64,000 nt of DNA from Octopus vulgaris (taxonomy: Eukaryota), in the NCBI GenBank assembly GCA_951406725.2, contig OX597826.1, positions 56,854,001 to 56,918,000 of the forward strand, given 5' to 3'. Positions within the stretch are counted from its first letter, which is position 1; every line of letters begins with the position of its first letter. The position numbers and the translations under genes were made by a program. The notes beneath the pieces were generated by a model. That model had not been told where the DNA came from. It did no database searches and worked only from the letters and a program-made list of their open reading frames with translations. Positions 40,910 through 55,780 of the stretch are shown in pieces.

Positions 40910-42911
40910 ATATCTTACTTTTGGAAAGAAGTTTAATCAAATTGTTATTTATAAATTCCAGGCTAAAATTACATTTTCAAGTACGTTATTATTCACTAAA
41001 ACAGCCACTTAACATTATATTACGGACAAAGTGGTCACTTGAGTTGAATCTTGTATATGGAATTTGGTGTTAATTTCTGTTTTCCTGAATGACTCTAACC
41101 AGTGTTTTTCGTACGCCGCCCATTATTTCACGTTCTTTTCACTTTGGATTATTTCTATAAAATATATGCGGACATGTAGATATCTTAATAGAGTAGTGTT
41201 AAAAAGAAAAAAGAGCTCCCGATTGGCCGAGAGAGAGCAATATATGGTTTCAATTCTTCTAAGTGGAAGCTCGTCTCTTAATTTACTCTCTACTCCGTTA
41301 ATGCTCAATGAATGTATGAATGAATGCCGCAACCTTTTATTCTCTGTCCTCACTGAGGTAGAGCAAGCCAGCAAAAGAGAATGTATTTTGGTTGTTTGAA
41401 ATAACAGGCAAAACTCAAACAAATCCCACCTCCACACCCGTCTTTTAAAAACAGAACACTTCAATGTTAGGCAACCTTAAAAAGACTGGATGATCAAGAC
41501 CAAACAACTTTAATGCCTGTCCTGGAACTTAACATATTACCATCTGGTAAAGGCTTTCATTTTCCTCTTTTCATAAAATAGGGAGATATTTTGCACAAAT
41601 CGAAACTACCCATCTGTCGTTCTGTCAAATCGTTGATTACAACCACAATTAAATCTTCAGTGCCAAACGAATTATTTCGGATACGAAATCATGAAAACTG
41701 AAGAAGGCTGGATGAGGTTAATACGGTACGTTTCCTAAAAGGTTTGGATAGAATGAGATAAATGAATAAAATATTTACGTTAGCGAACCAACAAACAACT
41801 CAACCCATCAGTGAAGACAACTTCTACACATTATCTAACATAAGATAACTAAGTTTACCACCATAACCACTGAAGACAATAGCATCACCACTCCGAGTAA
41901 TGCGACGTAGATAATGTGAAACGCCTTCCTACGTATCCACTCCAGAAAAATTACAATATTTGTTTGTTTGCTTTATTGAAATAATATCAAAAATGCATAT
42001 AATAAACTAAATAGTAGCAAAAGAGAAATATGGTTGGAGCTGTAATAGTCATGTGACAGTCTAAAAATAAATAAAAGCAAAAAGGTAAATCTAGGTTATA
42101 ACACAACGAACAATAGCTATCCATTAGTAGCAGCAAATGCTCTTGTAGTAATATTTGGTTATTGACTAAAAGGTTTTCTTTACCAACCACCATCACAAGC
42201 ATTTCCTCTCTTCTTTTTCCTCTCTTCGCCACCACAACCACCACAGAGAGAGAGAGAGAGAGAGAATGAGAGGGAGATATATATGGGGAGAGAGAGATGA
42301 ACAAGAACGGATGCAGAGAAGTCAAACAACAACAATAATATCAATAATAGCAATAATAATGACAATAACAACAACAACAACAACAACAACAACAAAAGTG
42401 AATAACGATCGTGTCTAACCGCATCATGCAACAGTAATAACAATCAGAAAGCAGTGCTGCACTGAATTTCTTTGCTGACGGTCCTATTTCAAGCAGAGAC
42501 ACTGACGAATTCTTCAGATTGTAACAGAGAAAAGCTATTTAATCCGAAATGCAATGTCACGCACAGAAACATTAACAGAATAGGAAAAAAAAAAAAAAAA
42601 AAAAAGGAGTAAAAAAACAACAACAATAACAACAAAAGGTAACCAAGCAAACATCAAAACGTAATATTAAGGTAAAAAGTATCATTAACAACAATAACAG
42701 CAGCAACAACAATAACAACAACAACAACAAAAATTCATCAACTCTTTCCTGATGAATGTTAATATTTATATCATATCATATCATAATTAGCATTTTTACA
42801 TCACATGTTATTTCCATTTTCACTATTTATTTATTTTATTTATTTATTTTAATATTAAACATTAGCTTGGCGAAAAATCTTTTTCGTTCTTTCATTTGAA
42901 ATTGATAAAAG

Positions 42912-42944
<33 letters not shown>

Positions 42945-43096
42945 TATTTTTCTTTTGTTGTAAAACTCTGTAAATTTCATTTTCAAATGTGTATGTGTGT
43001 GTGTGTGAGTGAGTGTGTATCTATATGTATATGTATGTATGTATACAAACATATATAGTTATATAAATATGTATTTATATACACATATGTATACAT

Positions 43097-43136
<40 letters not shown>

Positions 43137-43215
43137 CTATATATGTAAGCACACACACATATATATAGATATATGTATTTATAGACATATATATAAACAC
43201 ACACTCACACATAGC

Positions 43216-43271
<56 letters not shown>

Positions 43272-44638
43272 TATATATATATATATATATGCCTGCGTGT
43301 GTAACACCTCTGTATGGTAGGAAAGCAAATGTAACTTAGATGCATGCACACACACTGCTTATAAACAAACATGCAATTGCATTATGGGAAAAAAAAACTA
43401 AGATGAGAATTCTGAGAAATCTAAACTGGATAAAATAAAAAAAAAGACGAATAAATAAGAATAAAATCTAATAGAACTGATAGAAATAGACCGAAATATT
43501 TGGAAGTTATGAAGAAATCGGTGGATCTTAACTAACCCTTTTATTTTCATAATTTATTTGCTTTAACCAAAGATATTATTTTTTTTTATTTTTTACCTTC
43601 GCCACTTTTATGTTGCGTTATTGCATCGTGCACTTGATAACCTTTGCATCAAATCCGTCACAAACCTTCAACGAGAAAACATTTAAAGTTTGCAGCGCAC
43701 TCCTCTCTCTCCGTCTCTCTCTGTCGTAAGCACATTCGCACCATAATTCTACAGTAAAACACTGTCGAGCTTAGAGACATCGCTTTCCCGTATTAGCACG
43801 AAATGTTTATAGGAGTTTTGTGAAGAGGAGAATATAAGAGCAGTAGCCCCTTCTTTCAACCATCACCGCTACCACCATTATCATCATCATCATCATCATC
43901 ATTTATTATCACTACTCTTATTTCCAACACAATAAAGGCACGAAAATAGCAACAGATTTTTTTTTTATTCTTCACATCTTCACAATATACATACGCAGAT
44001 AAAATGCCTGCCAGGGGTTTACTAAATAAATGGCTAAATTATATGGCCCTTCTTCCGTTCCATTAGAAATTACTCGCTGTGTGAAGATTCTTTTTTTTAT
44101 AGACTGAACGAACAAACGCAATTGGAACTGCGTCTAGCTACTTACATTTCTCGGAACACGAATCGGACTGTGTCCCAACGCACACACATATACACACACA
44201 ATATCGACTTGCTAGATCCGGTGAGGTTAAGATTACATATTATTACCCAGCTATGGTTCTTTCTGATTTAAAGAGCTTCAACCAACGTGTGCCATTGTGG
44301 AGATAAATCCCAGAATACACTATTCTAAAGAGTCGACTGACCTCCATATAAATGTACTATCGACATGCAACGAACGTATCTGAAAGTCAGAATTTTGATA
44401 TATATATATATTCCTGAATTTCATTGTAGCTAGTTGCTTTTGCTTTTTGTTGTTTTTTTTTGGGGGGGGGGGGTTGTTACTCATACACAAAGAAGTTTGG
44501 AAAAATAAAATAACATGGGAATCCCAATTGTTATCTCTAGCCAATTTCTTCCAAGCCATCGAAACATAATAGGGCTTTAACAACAGAGAACGAAGAAAAA
44601 AGTCAAATAGTAGGCGACTACACGTATCTATCTATCTA

Positions 44639-44715
<77 letters not shown>

Positions 44716-47089
44716 AGAGAGATATACTAGGATTCGACTCAGAAGAGTGGCACATTAAATTACATAAGAAATTAATATGTATTCTATCATACATAGGGGT
44801 CATGAAAGGGTGAAACCGACCTTTCCTTCGTTAAGGTAAGTAAAATAAATCGAAGAACAAAATTGAGTACTGTAAGGTGCCTTTTCATGTTGCTGTAACT
44901 ACTGCTTTCAAGAATTCGTTAAACAATAACCAGGAGAAAGAGAGAGAGAGAGAGATATTAGAAAGAGTAAGATTTTGTGCGGAATTCGTGTTGAGCTTTA
45001 GAAGCCTAAAGGCCGAATGAGTGCTGAATGCAAATGTGGTGTTTTATCGCCCAGGACTTATGATAAGAGTTTTAGGATGGAGAGGATAAATTTGATAAAC
45101 TATCTAGCAATCTCTGCGGTTGGCTCCAGGTCAATTCTATATCTTGCAAAGAGATGAAGTAGAAACTAGTGTGATGTTACAAGGCAAAGACCACGTTCAA
45201 TGAAACATTAGTCTTTGCTTCATCACACGGCACGCGAACATGCACCTCTTTTGTTTTTCTTTCCAATCCGATTCATCAACTGACCTACCAACCAATTCCA
45301 GTGACTATTGTTGTTTATCTCTTGACAAGACACGCGTGGTTGCTTTATGTTTTCTGTGCACCAGACTGCCGGCTGCACTTTTAGAAGATCGCGAGCACGG
45401 ACGTCCGTCCTTTGAAGGATAATCCCTGTTGACCTCGGGTGTCAGCCGATCAGCAAATAATAAAGGAAGGGCTTTGTAGTAGCGTAGTAGTAAATTCAAA
45501 ATAGCCAAAGGAAAGAAGGAACATTAAGTGAGCAAGCACATAGGATGAAGCTATAGATCTGCAAGAAGAAAAGATTGCTTTCTAATAGAATCGGTAAAAC
45601 AGAAATTTAGATCAGACAGAGACAACTGATATAATCAGGAGATGTGAAGGATGAATGATTAACTAAAGTTTTAACGTCTCTAGGTTAGATGATGATGACG
45701 ATGACGACGATAAACAATGGTGATGATGATAAAAGATCATTACGTCGATAATGATGATGATGATGACGTATATTATACTTGCAATGCATAATTGCTGTCT
45801 TTCTAGCATTGTCGAATCATCGCAAAACCGGATCTTTGGGTTCGTAATGCTGCATTCTTGGCAATAAATTCTCTTAATTTTCTCCACGCTTCTCCCTTTG
45901 TATGTAGTTGTTGTTTATCACTAGGTCAACCCTGATCAAACAGACCTCTATGATCAAAAGCATTCCGGCCGTGACCATACTGTCTTTTTATGGGTGTGTT
46001 GTACTATATTATCTGTGTCCTTATATAAGACGACAGGAGGGTAAATTAGTTGTTATCTTTAACAGATTGAGCGACAATGTAAGAGATTGTCTTGTTAGAT
46101 GAAAAGAAAAAATAAAATACATTCAAGAGGGAGGGAGGGAGTTGGCGAATTTCTGTCTTTGGCAACTATTCCTGGCATATCGAGGTCTTACGCAGAGGCT
46201 CCTTTATTTGCTCGCTATTTCAGCTGTTAATGTGGAATATTAACAGCGCAAACCTATCGAAGATCGAACGTATTCAACTCATAACCAACCGTTCAGTCTT
46301 TTCTGATTACAGTATCCAATGCTTTTCTTTTTTTATTTTGTAATGGGATGAAATCTAGTAATTTGGCTCTTATTGCTAGTAGATCGAGCTATCATGTCGA
46401 GGCTTCTCTTTAAAAAATAATGGTTAAGTACAAGCGAAAGGGGGTTAGAGAATCAGACGTTTGTATTTTAACCAAAGCCTGCTATTCGGTTACAAGCACA
46501 GCTACATGCCAAAACAGAGTGGTATTCTTTGATTTACGTGTTGGAACATAGAAATAAAATTAGAGGAATGTCAAAAAAAAAAAAAAAAGCGAGGGTGCAT
46601 GATTCATTCATAATCACGATGAACATTGTGTGTACGTGAAAGTGTGTGCGAGTGCATGTGTGTATATGTGTATGTATGCGCCTATAGGCATGCTTAAAGC
46701 ACGTGAACTACTGTAAAGTTATGATGCACCGAAAAGGCCCGACTGTATTGTGAAACGGGACAACATTATACATACGTGTGCGTATATATGTATGTGTGCT
46801 TGCATGAAAAATGAATTGTGAGACCGGTTCAAGAGGCTGATGAAAAAAAAAACTGAATAAATCTAACCAACAAACGAACAAAAAGAATCAAAATAAATGA
46901 AGATTAAGAACAGGGTGGAGAGAGAGAGAGAGAGAGAGAGATGGTGATTAAAGTAAGGGAGAGCGAGATGTTGTGTGGTGAGTGATGTGGTTGTGGTGGT
47001 GAGTATGGAAAGCTAGGAACGGGCGCGATTGCTTGGGAAGACCGTAATTCTTGGTCCCGTATCAGCTGTCAAAGTTCGAAGAATCATAA

Positions 47090-47400
47090 ATGAATTGTGA
47101 AAATGAGAAAGAGACGGAGAGAGAGAGAAAGGGAGAGAACAAGAGAGGGGGAGGAATGAGAAGGAAGAGAGGAAGAGAGAGAGAGAGGCTGGGAATGACA
47201 GAGACAGAGGTCAGAAAAGTGAAAGAGGAGAAGGGCAGAGATGAGAAAGGCAGTGGGGAGCCGAAGAGTGGTAGTGAGAGAGAGAGAGAGAGAAGGAAGA
47301 GGGTGGAGTAAACGAAGAAACCGAATAAAACTGAAAGAGAAAAAAAAATGGTTAAGGAATAAAAGAGCAAATGGGAAGAGAAGGCTGCAAAGAAAACCAT
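47090..47400. repeat. Purine-rich GA low-complexity tract
   Basis: Direct reading. Confidence 0.8.
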
Positions 47401-48445
47401 TCTTCGGCGGCAGAGAGTGACGAAGAGATATCAAATATATTTTGCCTTGACAGCTTCCATGACCAACGGGTCTTCTATTTATCAGTTAGGATCAGAGGAA
47501 CTCTTCAACGGTTGAGGTCGTGACCATCGCACAAGAGAGACGAAAGGAAGAGGAGTGAGCAGGGAAGAGGCGTTAGTAGACTCACCAGTTTATATATATA
47601 TATATGTATATATATATGTGTATGTATGTATATATAACCTTTGTCTCACTCCCTCTCTAGTCTGCAAATAGATAGAAATAACTCCGAATCTCGTAAAACG
47701 CATTCCATCCAAGCACGTCATTCAAAATAAATAATAATAATATTAATAGTATATATATATATACATATATATATTTCTACATATATATATAGCCCCCTCT
47801 TGATCAGCCATAAAGCCACCCCGCCACTAACAAAACGCCCCACTAACAAAAAAGGGGGAAAATACACAAAACAAAACGGAGATAAAATAAAATCGGGTAG
47901 ATAGGCCGTAACTAACTCCAACAGCTTCCCTTCGAATCAACCTAGTTGAAATAAAAGTGAAATAAAGTTGCATAACTGTCCAATTATGACTTAACAGCAA
48001 AAAATAACCCACACAGTAATCAAATTAGGGCCAGGAATACACATATATATTTTTTAAATAATGTTAACTAAAACAAAAAAAAATAAGAAAAAGAGATAAG
48101 AAAAAATAAGACACAAAAAAAAAAGAACTTTTTCTCCTCTCTATAGAATGACATCACCAGAATCACCACCACCACCACCACCGTAACCATCAGAAACAAT
48201 TTCAAAACAGCACCATCCACGACATGCTCATCACTATAACCCCCCCCCCTGCTGTTCAGCAGACCATGGAATCATTGAAACTCCACTTCAAAGTTGAACT
48301 TTAACAATCCGACAAATATTCTAGGAACTTCGTCTGAGTCACATAATGATGTTCAATGAAACAAATATTGCTCGTGAACGTTGGCAGTAGTGATAGGAAC
48401 TGTAGCATGAGAAGGGTCTACAATCTATTTACAGTTGACAAATAT

Positions 48446-48537
<92 letters not shown>

Positions 48538-48539
<2 letters not shown>

Positions 48540-48766
48540 CGGCGAGCTGGCAGACACGTTAGCGCGCCGGGGCGAAATGCTTAGCGGTATTTCGTCTATC
48601 GTTACGTTCTGAGTTCAAATTCCGCCGAGGTCAACTTTGCCTTTCATCCTTTCGGGGTCGATAAATAAAGTACCAGTTTCGCAGTGGGGGGTCGATGTAA
48701 TCGACTTAATCCGTTTGTCTGTCCTTATTTGTCCCCTCTGTGTTTAGCCCCTTGTAGGTAGTAAAG
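48538..48766 (+). mobile_element. Family-A SINE (tandem copy 1)
   Basis: Full head, core and tail. Confidence 0.92.
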
Positions 48767-48804
<38 letters not shown>

Positions 48805-48812
48805 ATATATAT

Positions 48813-49046
48813 GGCGGCGAGCTGGCAGGCACGTTAGCACGCCGGGGCGAAATGCTTAGCGGTATTTCGTCTGTCGTTACGTTCTGAGTTCAAATTCCGC
48901 CGAGGTCAACTTTGCCTTTCATCCTTTCGGGGTCGATAAATAAAGTACCAGTTTCGCACGGTGGGGGGGCGATATAATCGACTCAATCCCTTCGTCTATC
49001 CTTGTTTGTCCCCTCTATGTTTAGCCCCTTCTGAGCAATAAAGAAA
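48813..49046 (+). mobile_element. Family-A SINE (tandem copy 2)
   Basis: Full head, core and tail; separated from copy 1 by (TA)n. Confidence 0.92.
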
Positions 49047-50066
49047 TATATATATATATATGCATGTATGTATGTATGTGTGTGTGTGTGAATATATCAT
49101 CGCATACACACATGTATGTATGTATGCATGCAATGTGTGGAAAACAAATATTGTCTGCTCAAATAATATACATATACAGAAAGAGAACAGTATACACAAA
49201 CTTAAAACGAAGAGATGACTTTGTTCGTGGCAAATTAACGTATTCGTTAAGACAATTAATTAAGGCAAGTTAGACTTAATAGCGTCACCTACGTCTTAGC
49301 ACATAAATAAACCTGCACAATATAAACTACGATCAACATCGTTTCCATTAATTTCAGGAACCCGAAGAAATGCTTCAGGTTTCTGGCACGATTTCTCCAA
49401 AGTCTTATAGTAAATGTGGCAACACCCTGGAGTTTATTTATTCGATTTGTTTGACACAGCCGACAGCATTTTACTTGCCTGAAATCGTTGCGCGAGGAGG
49501 TGGGGGTAACAAATCTACGTCTGGCACGAATAGTTAAAACATTGCACCTACTTTCAGTCACGATTTCAAAGTGAAGTAAAAGATTCTGGCAAGCGACTGC
49601 AACGTTATCAATATGCACAGCAGTGCAGACACTTATAATTGGGATAGTAATATTAATATCGAAGTCACATTCCATAAGAGAGATTCGACAGAAGCTGCAC
49701 GTTCGAATTAGACAGTGAGACGACATAATACCTGTGTGTGTGTGAGTGTGTATGAGTGTATAATCTTTATTGGCTGAGAATTACAATACGAGTTACTCAA
49801 GCGTTCTACTTTACGCATTAAGACAATTGTCGGACATGAGTTTCATAAACGTGTAACATGGAACAATGTTAATAATGATCAGGTTTCTAATTTATGCACA
49901 AGGCCAGCAAATTTGAGATAAGGGAATTAGTCGATGTCACCGACTCGAATTTTATCGAACGTAAAAGGACGAAAGTTAAAGATGGCCTCGGCGGGATTTG
50001 AACTCAACATAAAGTTTCAGAATAATTACCACAAAGTACTTTTCCCGGGCATTAACGATTCTGTCA

Positions 50067-50224
50067 GGAAATTTCGAACCTGGGTTCCCATTCCTAAGGT
50101 CTTTTTCGATATTATTAATATTATTATTATTATTATTATTATTATTGCTCAGGTCACTGATTGGAATCGAACTAAGAATCTTGGGGTTAGTAGCCCGCGC
50201 CCTTAACCACTACGCCATATGCCC
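50067..50224 (-). mobile_element. tRNA-headed element (pseudo-tRNA, anticodon loop CT-ACT-AA) with internal (AAT)n
   Basis: Minus strand: GGGCATATGGCGTAGTGGTTAAGGGCGCGGGCTACTAACCCCAAGATTCTTAGTTCGATTCC, then (AAT)n, then ATCGAAAAAGACCTTAGGAATGGGAACCCAGGTTCGAAATTTCC. A and B boxes are clear; stems are imperfect. Confidence 0.75.
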
Positions 50225-51027
50225 GTGGGCCGCATGCCTTACCGTATTTGTTCTGGCTCTTTTGTGTTCTGAGTTCAAATCCCGCCATGGCCTACTTGGA
50301 CAGTAGACATAACACTCACTTGGCACCTTAGCTGCCTTTAGTAGATTTCACTGTAACAAGCACTGGAGTGAGGTTTCTGATTTGAAGGATACCTTCCTTC
50401 CTTCACACTAGTCTTGGAGACCCTATAACGGGTCATGAACTCTGCTCCCGCTTAACTAAAAGATATAGGGGGGGGGACCTCAACCAAAGTTTACTTTTCT
50501 GCAATAATCCGAAGACTAATAAAAAGAAAAACAGCATTTTCTTTCGGCGTTTTACCGATTTGAAATTCTATTCTCATCGACTGGTAATGAAAATCTTACT
50601 GTGAAAATTTGATATGTGTCTGTGTATGTATGTGTATGTGTATATATATATATATATATATAAACTAGCTGTGGATCAAGTGGAAGAATGGGTTAAAGAA
50701 ATAGCCCCGGAGAAATAAATACAATAACTATCTAAGAACAAATGTACAGTTCTCGGGTTTAGAGTTCAAAGCTGACTGATCACCGGAGGAAAGATAATTT
50801 CAAGAAAAGTGCCGCAGAACAAGTGCACGGAATAAATTCCTCGGATTAGTGCGGATTAGTGCTACTTAATTCCAGATACTTTATTATCCTTAGAGCAGAA
50901 TTAGTTATCAAACTTGTTGTCATTTGGAGACGACTTTGAATAGTATGGAAGGGCAAAGAAAACTGTGTGCATCCTAAGTATATGCTTATTTGAAACGACT
51001 AAACCCTTCTGGTTTCCTATACTATAA

Positions 51028-51063
<36 letters not shown>

Positions 51064-51699
51064 GATGAAATTCAAAATCTCTCTCTGTTGCAGTAAATGT
51101 CCAGAAATGAGGCAAAATATTTATATTATTCATGTTGTTGCTGGGACACGCGCGCCAATCAAGCCGGGAGAGAAAGTTCGTGGTGAGAATAATGGATGAT
51201 TTGCGGAGAATTTTCTGCTGAAAATCGTAAGCCGAGTAAAATAGGTTGGAGAGGTTAGAAGCCGGTAGGACGACTATACAGAGCCAGCGAGGTGAACGAC
51301 CAGGTTTCACGCTGAGCGAGCCATGACAGCATCATGTCAAGCTTTACACAAATCCTACTCTAATTGGGAAGGTTTTTGAACTGTTTTCTACAGTTTTTTT
51401 TTATTCGTCTTTATATATTATTTTGGAAGGAGACAAAGGAAAGGAAATAAGAGAATTTTAATCCAAGTCTGTGGTTGGTTACCTTGTAGCAAAGTGATGA
51501 AATTGTATTTATCTATTTATTTCGTTTCGACATAACCACCACATGGTGGCAGGGCATTCGCTTTAAATAATACTCACCCACTGAGAAGTTCGTTTGCTCG
51601 ATAAGCATGGATAAGGTATATAGAACCGTTCTTAATTCACCAAAAACAGAAATAAAAATAGAGAAAAAATGCAAGCATAATAATAATAATAATCATGTT

Positions 51700-52090
51700 A
51701 CAAATTTTAGCTTAAAGTCAGCAACTTTAAGAAGAGAGGATTAGTCGACTACATCGACCCCAGTGCTCAACTGGTACTTATTTTATAGACTTCGAAATAA
51801 TGAAACGTAAAGTTGACCTCGCTGGGCAATCGTGTCTCACGTGCTAACAATTTTGCCAATCAACCGCCTTCTTAATAATTATTTCTAACACTGGTACAGG
51901 GCCAGAAATTTTGGAGAAATCGACTCCCGTATTTGACTAGTTCTTTATCGACATCAAATGGATGAAAGGTAAGGTGGGTCTCGCTAGGATTAGAAATCAG
52001 AACATACTACTTTCTTAATAACTCTAATTTAAGCCCAAGGCCAGTAATTTTGAGGAGAAGAGTTAGTCGATACCATCGAAGCCCAAATTT
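51700..52090 (-). mobile_element. Decayed family-A SINE tails
   Basis: ttagtcgactacatcgaccccagtgctcaactggtacttattttat and two further similar tails. Confidence 0.7.
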
Positions 52091-53541
52091 GCTCGCATGA
52101 TACACACAAGGGTATGTATAAGTATAAACTTCATACCAGTTTTGTCAGAATCATCTGTCAGTCTTTGCAATACAATCTACCAATTATTACAATTTACTCT
52201 TGTTTACAACCAATCACTATAATTACTGAAGGGGTTTCATCCATGATATCAGCGAACGGAAGATACCCTTCGGTTTCGATTCTCACTACTATTCATCAGA
52301 TTCATTCATGTCACTGAGAAATATCGCCTTCACTCTCGCTATCAAAAATGTCTCTAAATAGCGTTCGACTCTCGAAGATGGTTAGTGAAATTATCGCCAG
52401 CAATATACGTGGGACGAATACTCTGCGTTATTAGAGGCTTGTGTAGAGGAAAGAAAGAGATTATTACAGATGTGAACAGAGTTTTCTGCTTGATTTTATT
52501 AATTTTTTTTGCTGTTGTTTTAATCATCTATGCAGAGAACAGGGATTACTGCATTCAAGTATTTATAGAATCGAATAGGCATCTAGCTGTGGAAAGGATA
52601 GGCACAAGTTCTTCTGGGAATTTTACTTGCAATGAAGATTTACCTGAGATTCACTCGATGCCACGTAATTTGAAGTCAAAGTAACCGAACTTTGTGACCT
52701 CCTGCATTTCGAGAAGAAAATTCTTAATTATCATTAAATGTGTACTTTATGCCAATGTTCTGTAACTGTTTCTTACAGCTTCGCCGCTGCATTATTATAT
52801 CCAATAACTTAATGAAATCTCTTAATGATATCAGAAAGTAAAACGAGACATTTGATGTAATATAGCCATTAAAACTTACAAGCTTAATCTAATTTAGAGA
52901 GGAAAAGAGAGCCAAATATATTTAAAATGTATGCAAATCAAACACCAAAAATACTGAGAGGAAAATCTGCTTTGCCATACGGCAGAGAGTTAAAGACAAT
53001 TATAATTGGTGGGTCTGAAAATCTTATTTAAAACTGGGATCAATTTCAACGCAACTTCTATAAGGTTACACTTGATATCTTAACAGAGATATACCATACC
53101 CTTGCGAAATTAAACATAGACTTATGTGTAACAATACACTACCCCGATGCGCGAGAAATTATACACAGATGTGAACACAGACACACACAAACACGCATTT
53201 TTTTTACTGGTTCCATCCAGTATGTGTGGGTTTAAATAATGTGTATTTGAGAATCTTTGGAAGGAATACATTTTCTCATATACACACAACTTAGATACTA
53301 TATGTGTCAGATTGAGTTGTATTCGTTTTAAAAGTAAAACGTGCAAGACTGTCTTTGTATTAAGCAAAAATTTGAGGAGGAAACTACTGAAATGAGACTA
53401 GTAACCCACGACACGGTTTCGATTTTCCAGTTAAAATATTCTCCATGCACATACATCGTATATAAATAAGTATGGGACAGACTTGAATGTCACGCCATCA
53501 CATATGTCTTTAAAAAATTTTATAAAGAAAATCTGTAAACA

Positions 53542-53947
53542 GGCGCAGGAGTGGCTGTGGTAAGTAGCTTGCTTACCAACCACATGGTCCCGGGTTCAGT
53601 CCCACTGCGTGGCACCTTGGGCAAGTGTCTTCTACTATAGCCTCGGGCCGACCAAAGCCTTGTGAGTGGATTTGGTAGACGGAAACTGATAGAAGCCCGT
53701 CGTATATATGTATGTATATATATATGCGTGTGTGTGTTTGTGTATCTGTGTTTGTCCCCCTAGCATTGCTTGACAACTGATGCTGGTGTGTTTATGTCCC
53801 CGTTACTTAGCGGTTCGGCAAAAAGAGACCGATAGAACAAGTACTGGGCTTACAAAAGAATAAGTCCCGGGGTCGAGTTGCTCGATTAAAGGCGGTGCTC
53901 CAGCATGGCCCCAGTCAAATGACTGAAACAAATAAAAGAGTAAAAGA
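53542..53947 (+). mobile_element. Family-B SINE, full length
   Basis: TSD gtaaaca at 53535-53541 and 53948-53954. Confidence 0.93.
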
Positions 53948-55114
53948 GTAAACATGATACCTAATAAAGAAAATAATTAATAAAAAATAGAGTGCCCTCG
54001 AGTAAAAATTCATGAAAAGCGGACAGATCTAATTTCATTACATCTGTTCTTGTCTGAGGACGAAGTGCAGTTTGTAATATTTAGAAGAGACCAGGACATC
54101 ATTTGCAGACCAGAACAATAAAACTGAATGGAGAAGCGAGGAAAACAACTTTTAGTTTCTTCTCGTTTTATAGATACATATACGAGCGTTTATATCTTAT
54201 TTCACTGTATTTGCTTCTATCGTTCGATGAAACTAACAAAAACTACGTCACCAATACAGGTAATAATGGACGTATAGTGAAATTTATTTTCGGTCTTGGA
54301 GGCCGAAGAGGCCATAAAATGACATGGAAAAAAAAGACTACCGGTGAAAAAGAATACGGCGGAGAAAACTAAAGTCTGCAGATGAAGAAAAACATTAGAA
54401 GAAGATTACAGATGAAAACGACTGTAACAAGAGAGGAATTTTATAGAATATAAGACCAAGAAGACTTGAGAAGAAGTTATTAAAAGTATGAGATAAGAGA
54501 ATAAGAAATTATACAAGACAATAACTAGAGTAGAATATTGAAGACGACACAAAGTACCATCATCGGTATCATCATCATCATCATCAACATTGACATAAGT
54601 AGCACTAAAAACATTCAAACATAGACCAAGAATATGAACACTTTTTCAATAATTTACGAGTTTCTGTTTAAGAAACAAATGAAAGAGAGAAACAGAGAGA
54701 GAGAGGTGGGGATAGAAAGATGGAGAGGAAGAAAGACAGGAGAGCATAAAAATAGGAGGGAACTGATAAGAATATAAATGTTTAATACACATCGGAGCCA
54801 CAAGGAAGACATTGGAATAAGATTAAACTAAATAACCCCCACCTCTCTCTCTCTCTCCTCCTCCTTTCCTTATATATATATATATACACACATATACATT
54901 TATTATATACATGTGTGTGTAAGATAATAGAGGAGACGAGGAATCTTAGGTTCCGTTAGTCATAAACAATGCCTAATAGCATTACAGGATTCAGCATAAT
55001 CATTACAAACACACATGTGGATGTGTCTATACATATATATATATACATACATACATACATACATACATACATACATACAAGCGTACGTACACATACACAC
55101 GTGTGCGCGTATGC

Positions 55115-55168
<54 letters not shown>

Positions 55169-55350
55169 GTATGTATATATATTGATATTACACATACCCT
55201 CACACACATTCAGCTTTACATGCGGTCGTGTATAAAATCTAAGAAAATATATTCATACGGATAAGCTTATGTTTGTATCTACATTTATCTACTTCTGAAT
55301 GAATGAATGAATGTGTGTGTGTGTACCACTTATCTGTAGACACTTTTTCA

Positions 55351-55385
<35 letters not shown>

Positions 55386-55654
55386 GTTCAGGCATATGTG
55401 CGCGCGTGGATGCGTGTGTATATTTTCTCAGTAACGAGAGAATCACACTCCAATTCCGTTTCGCGCCGTACGTTACGGAATCAACGTTTGCACGTAAGCC
55501 AGGAAAACTCCGAGTAGTAGTAACAAGGAATTGGGCCCAGAACCACAATAATGGAATAATGAGTAAATAAATATTCAGCTGTATTGAGTACAATACTGTC
55601 CTGCACATTCAATCGTGCATTACATCCACAAGAGTTAGTATATATCTGTATATA

Positions 55655-55780
55655 CATGGTGTCCCCAAAAAATGTATACACATAGTGGTTCGGCAAAAGA
55701 GAACGATAGAATAAGTACTAGGCTTACAAAGAATAACAAATTTACAATTATTTAAGGTGTGTATACATTTTTTTGGGGAC

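Noticed and set aside
44798-44841. Micro-exon ending in AAG|GTAAGT
   Set aside because: Weak acceptor, context resembles a decayed SINE core, and there is no supporting reading-frame context.
47050-47070. miR-133-like TTGGTCCC...CAGCTGT
   Set aside because: The middle does not match and no precursor hairpin is visible.
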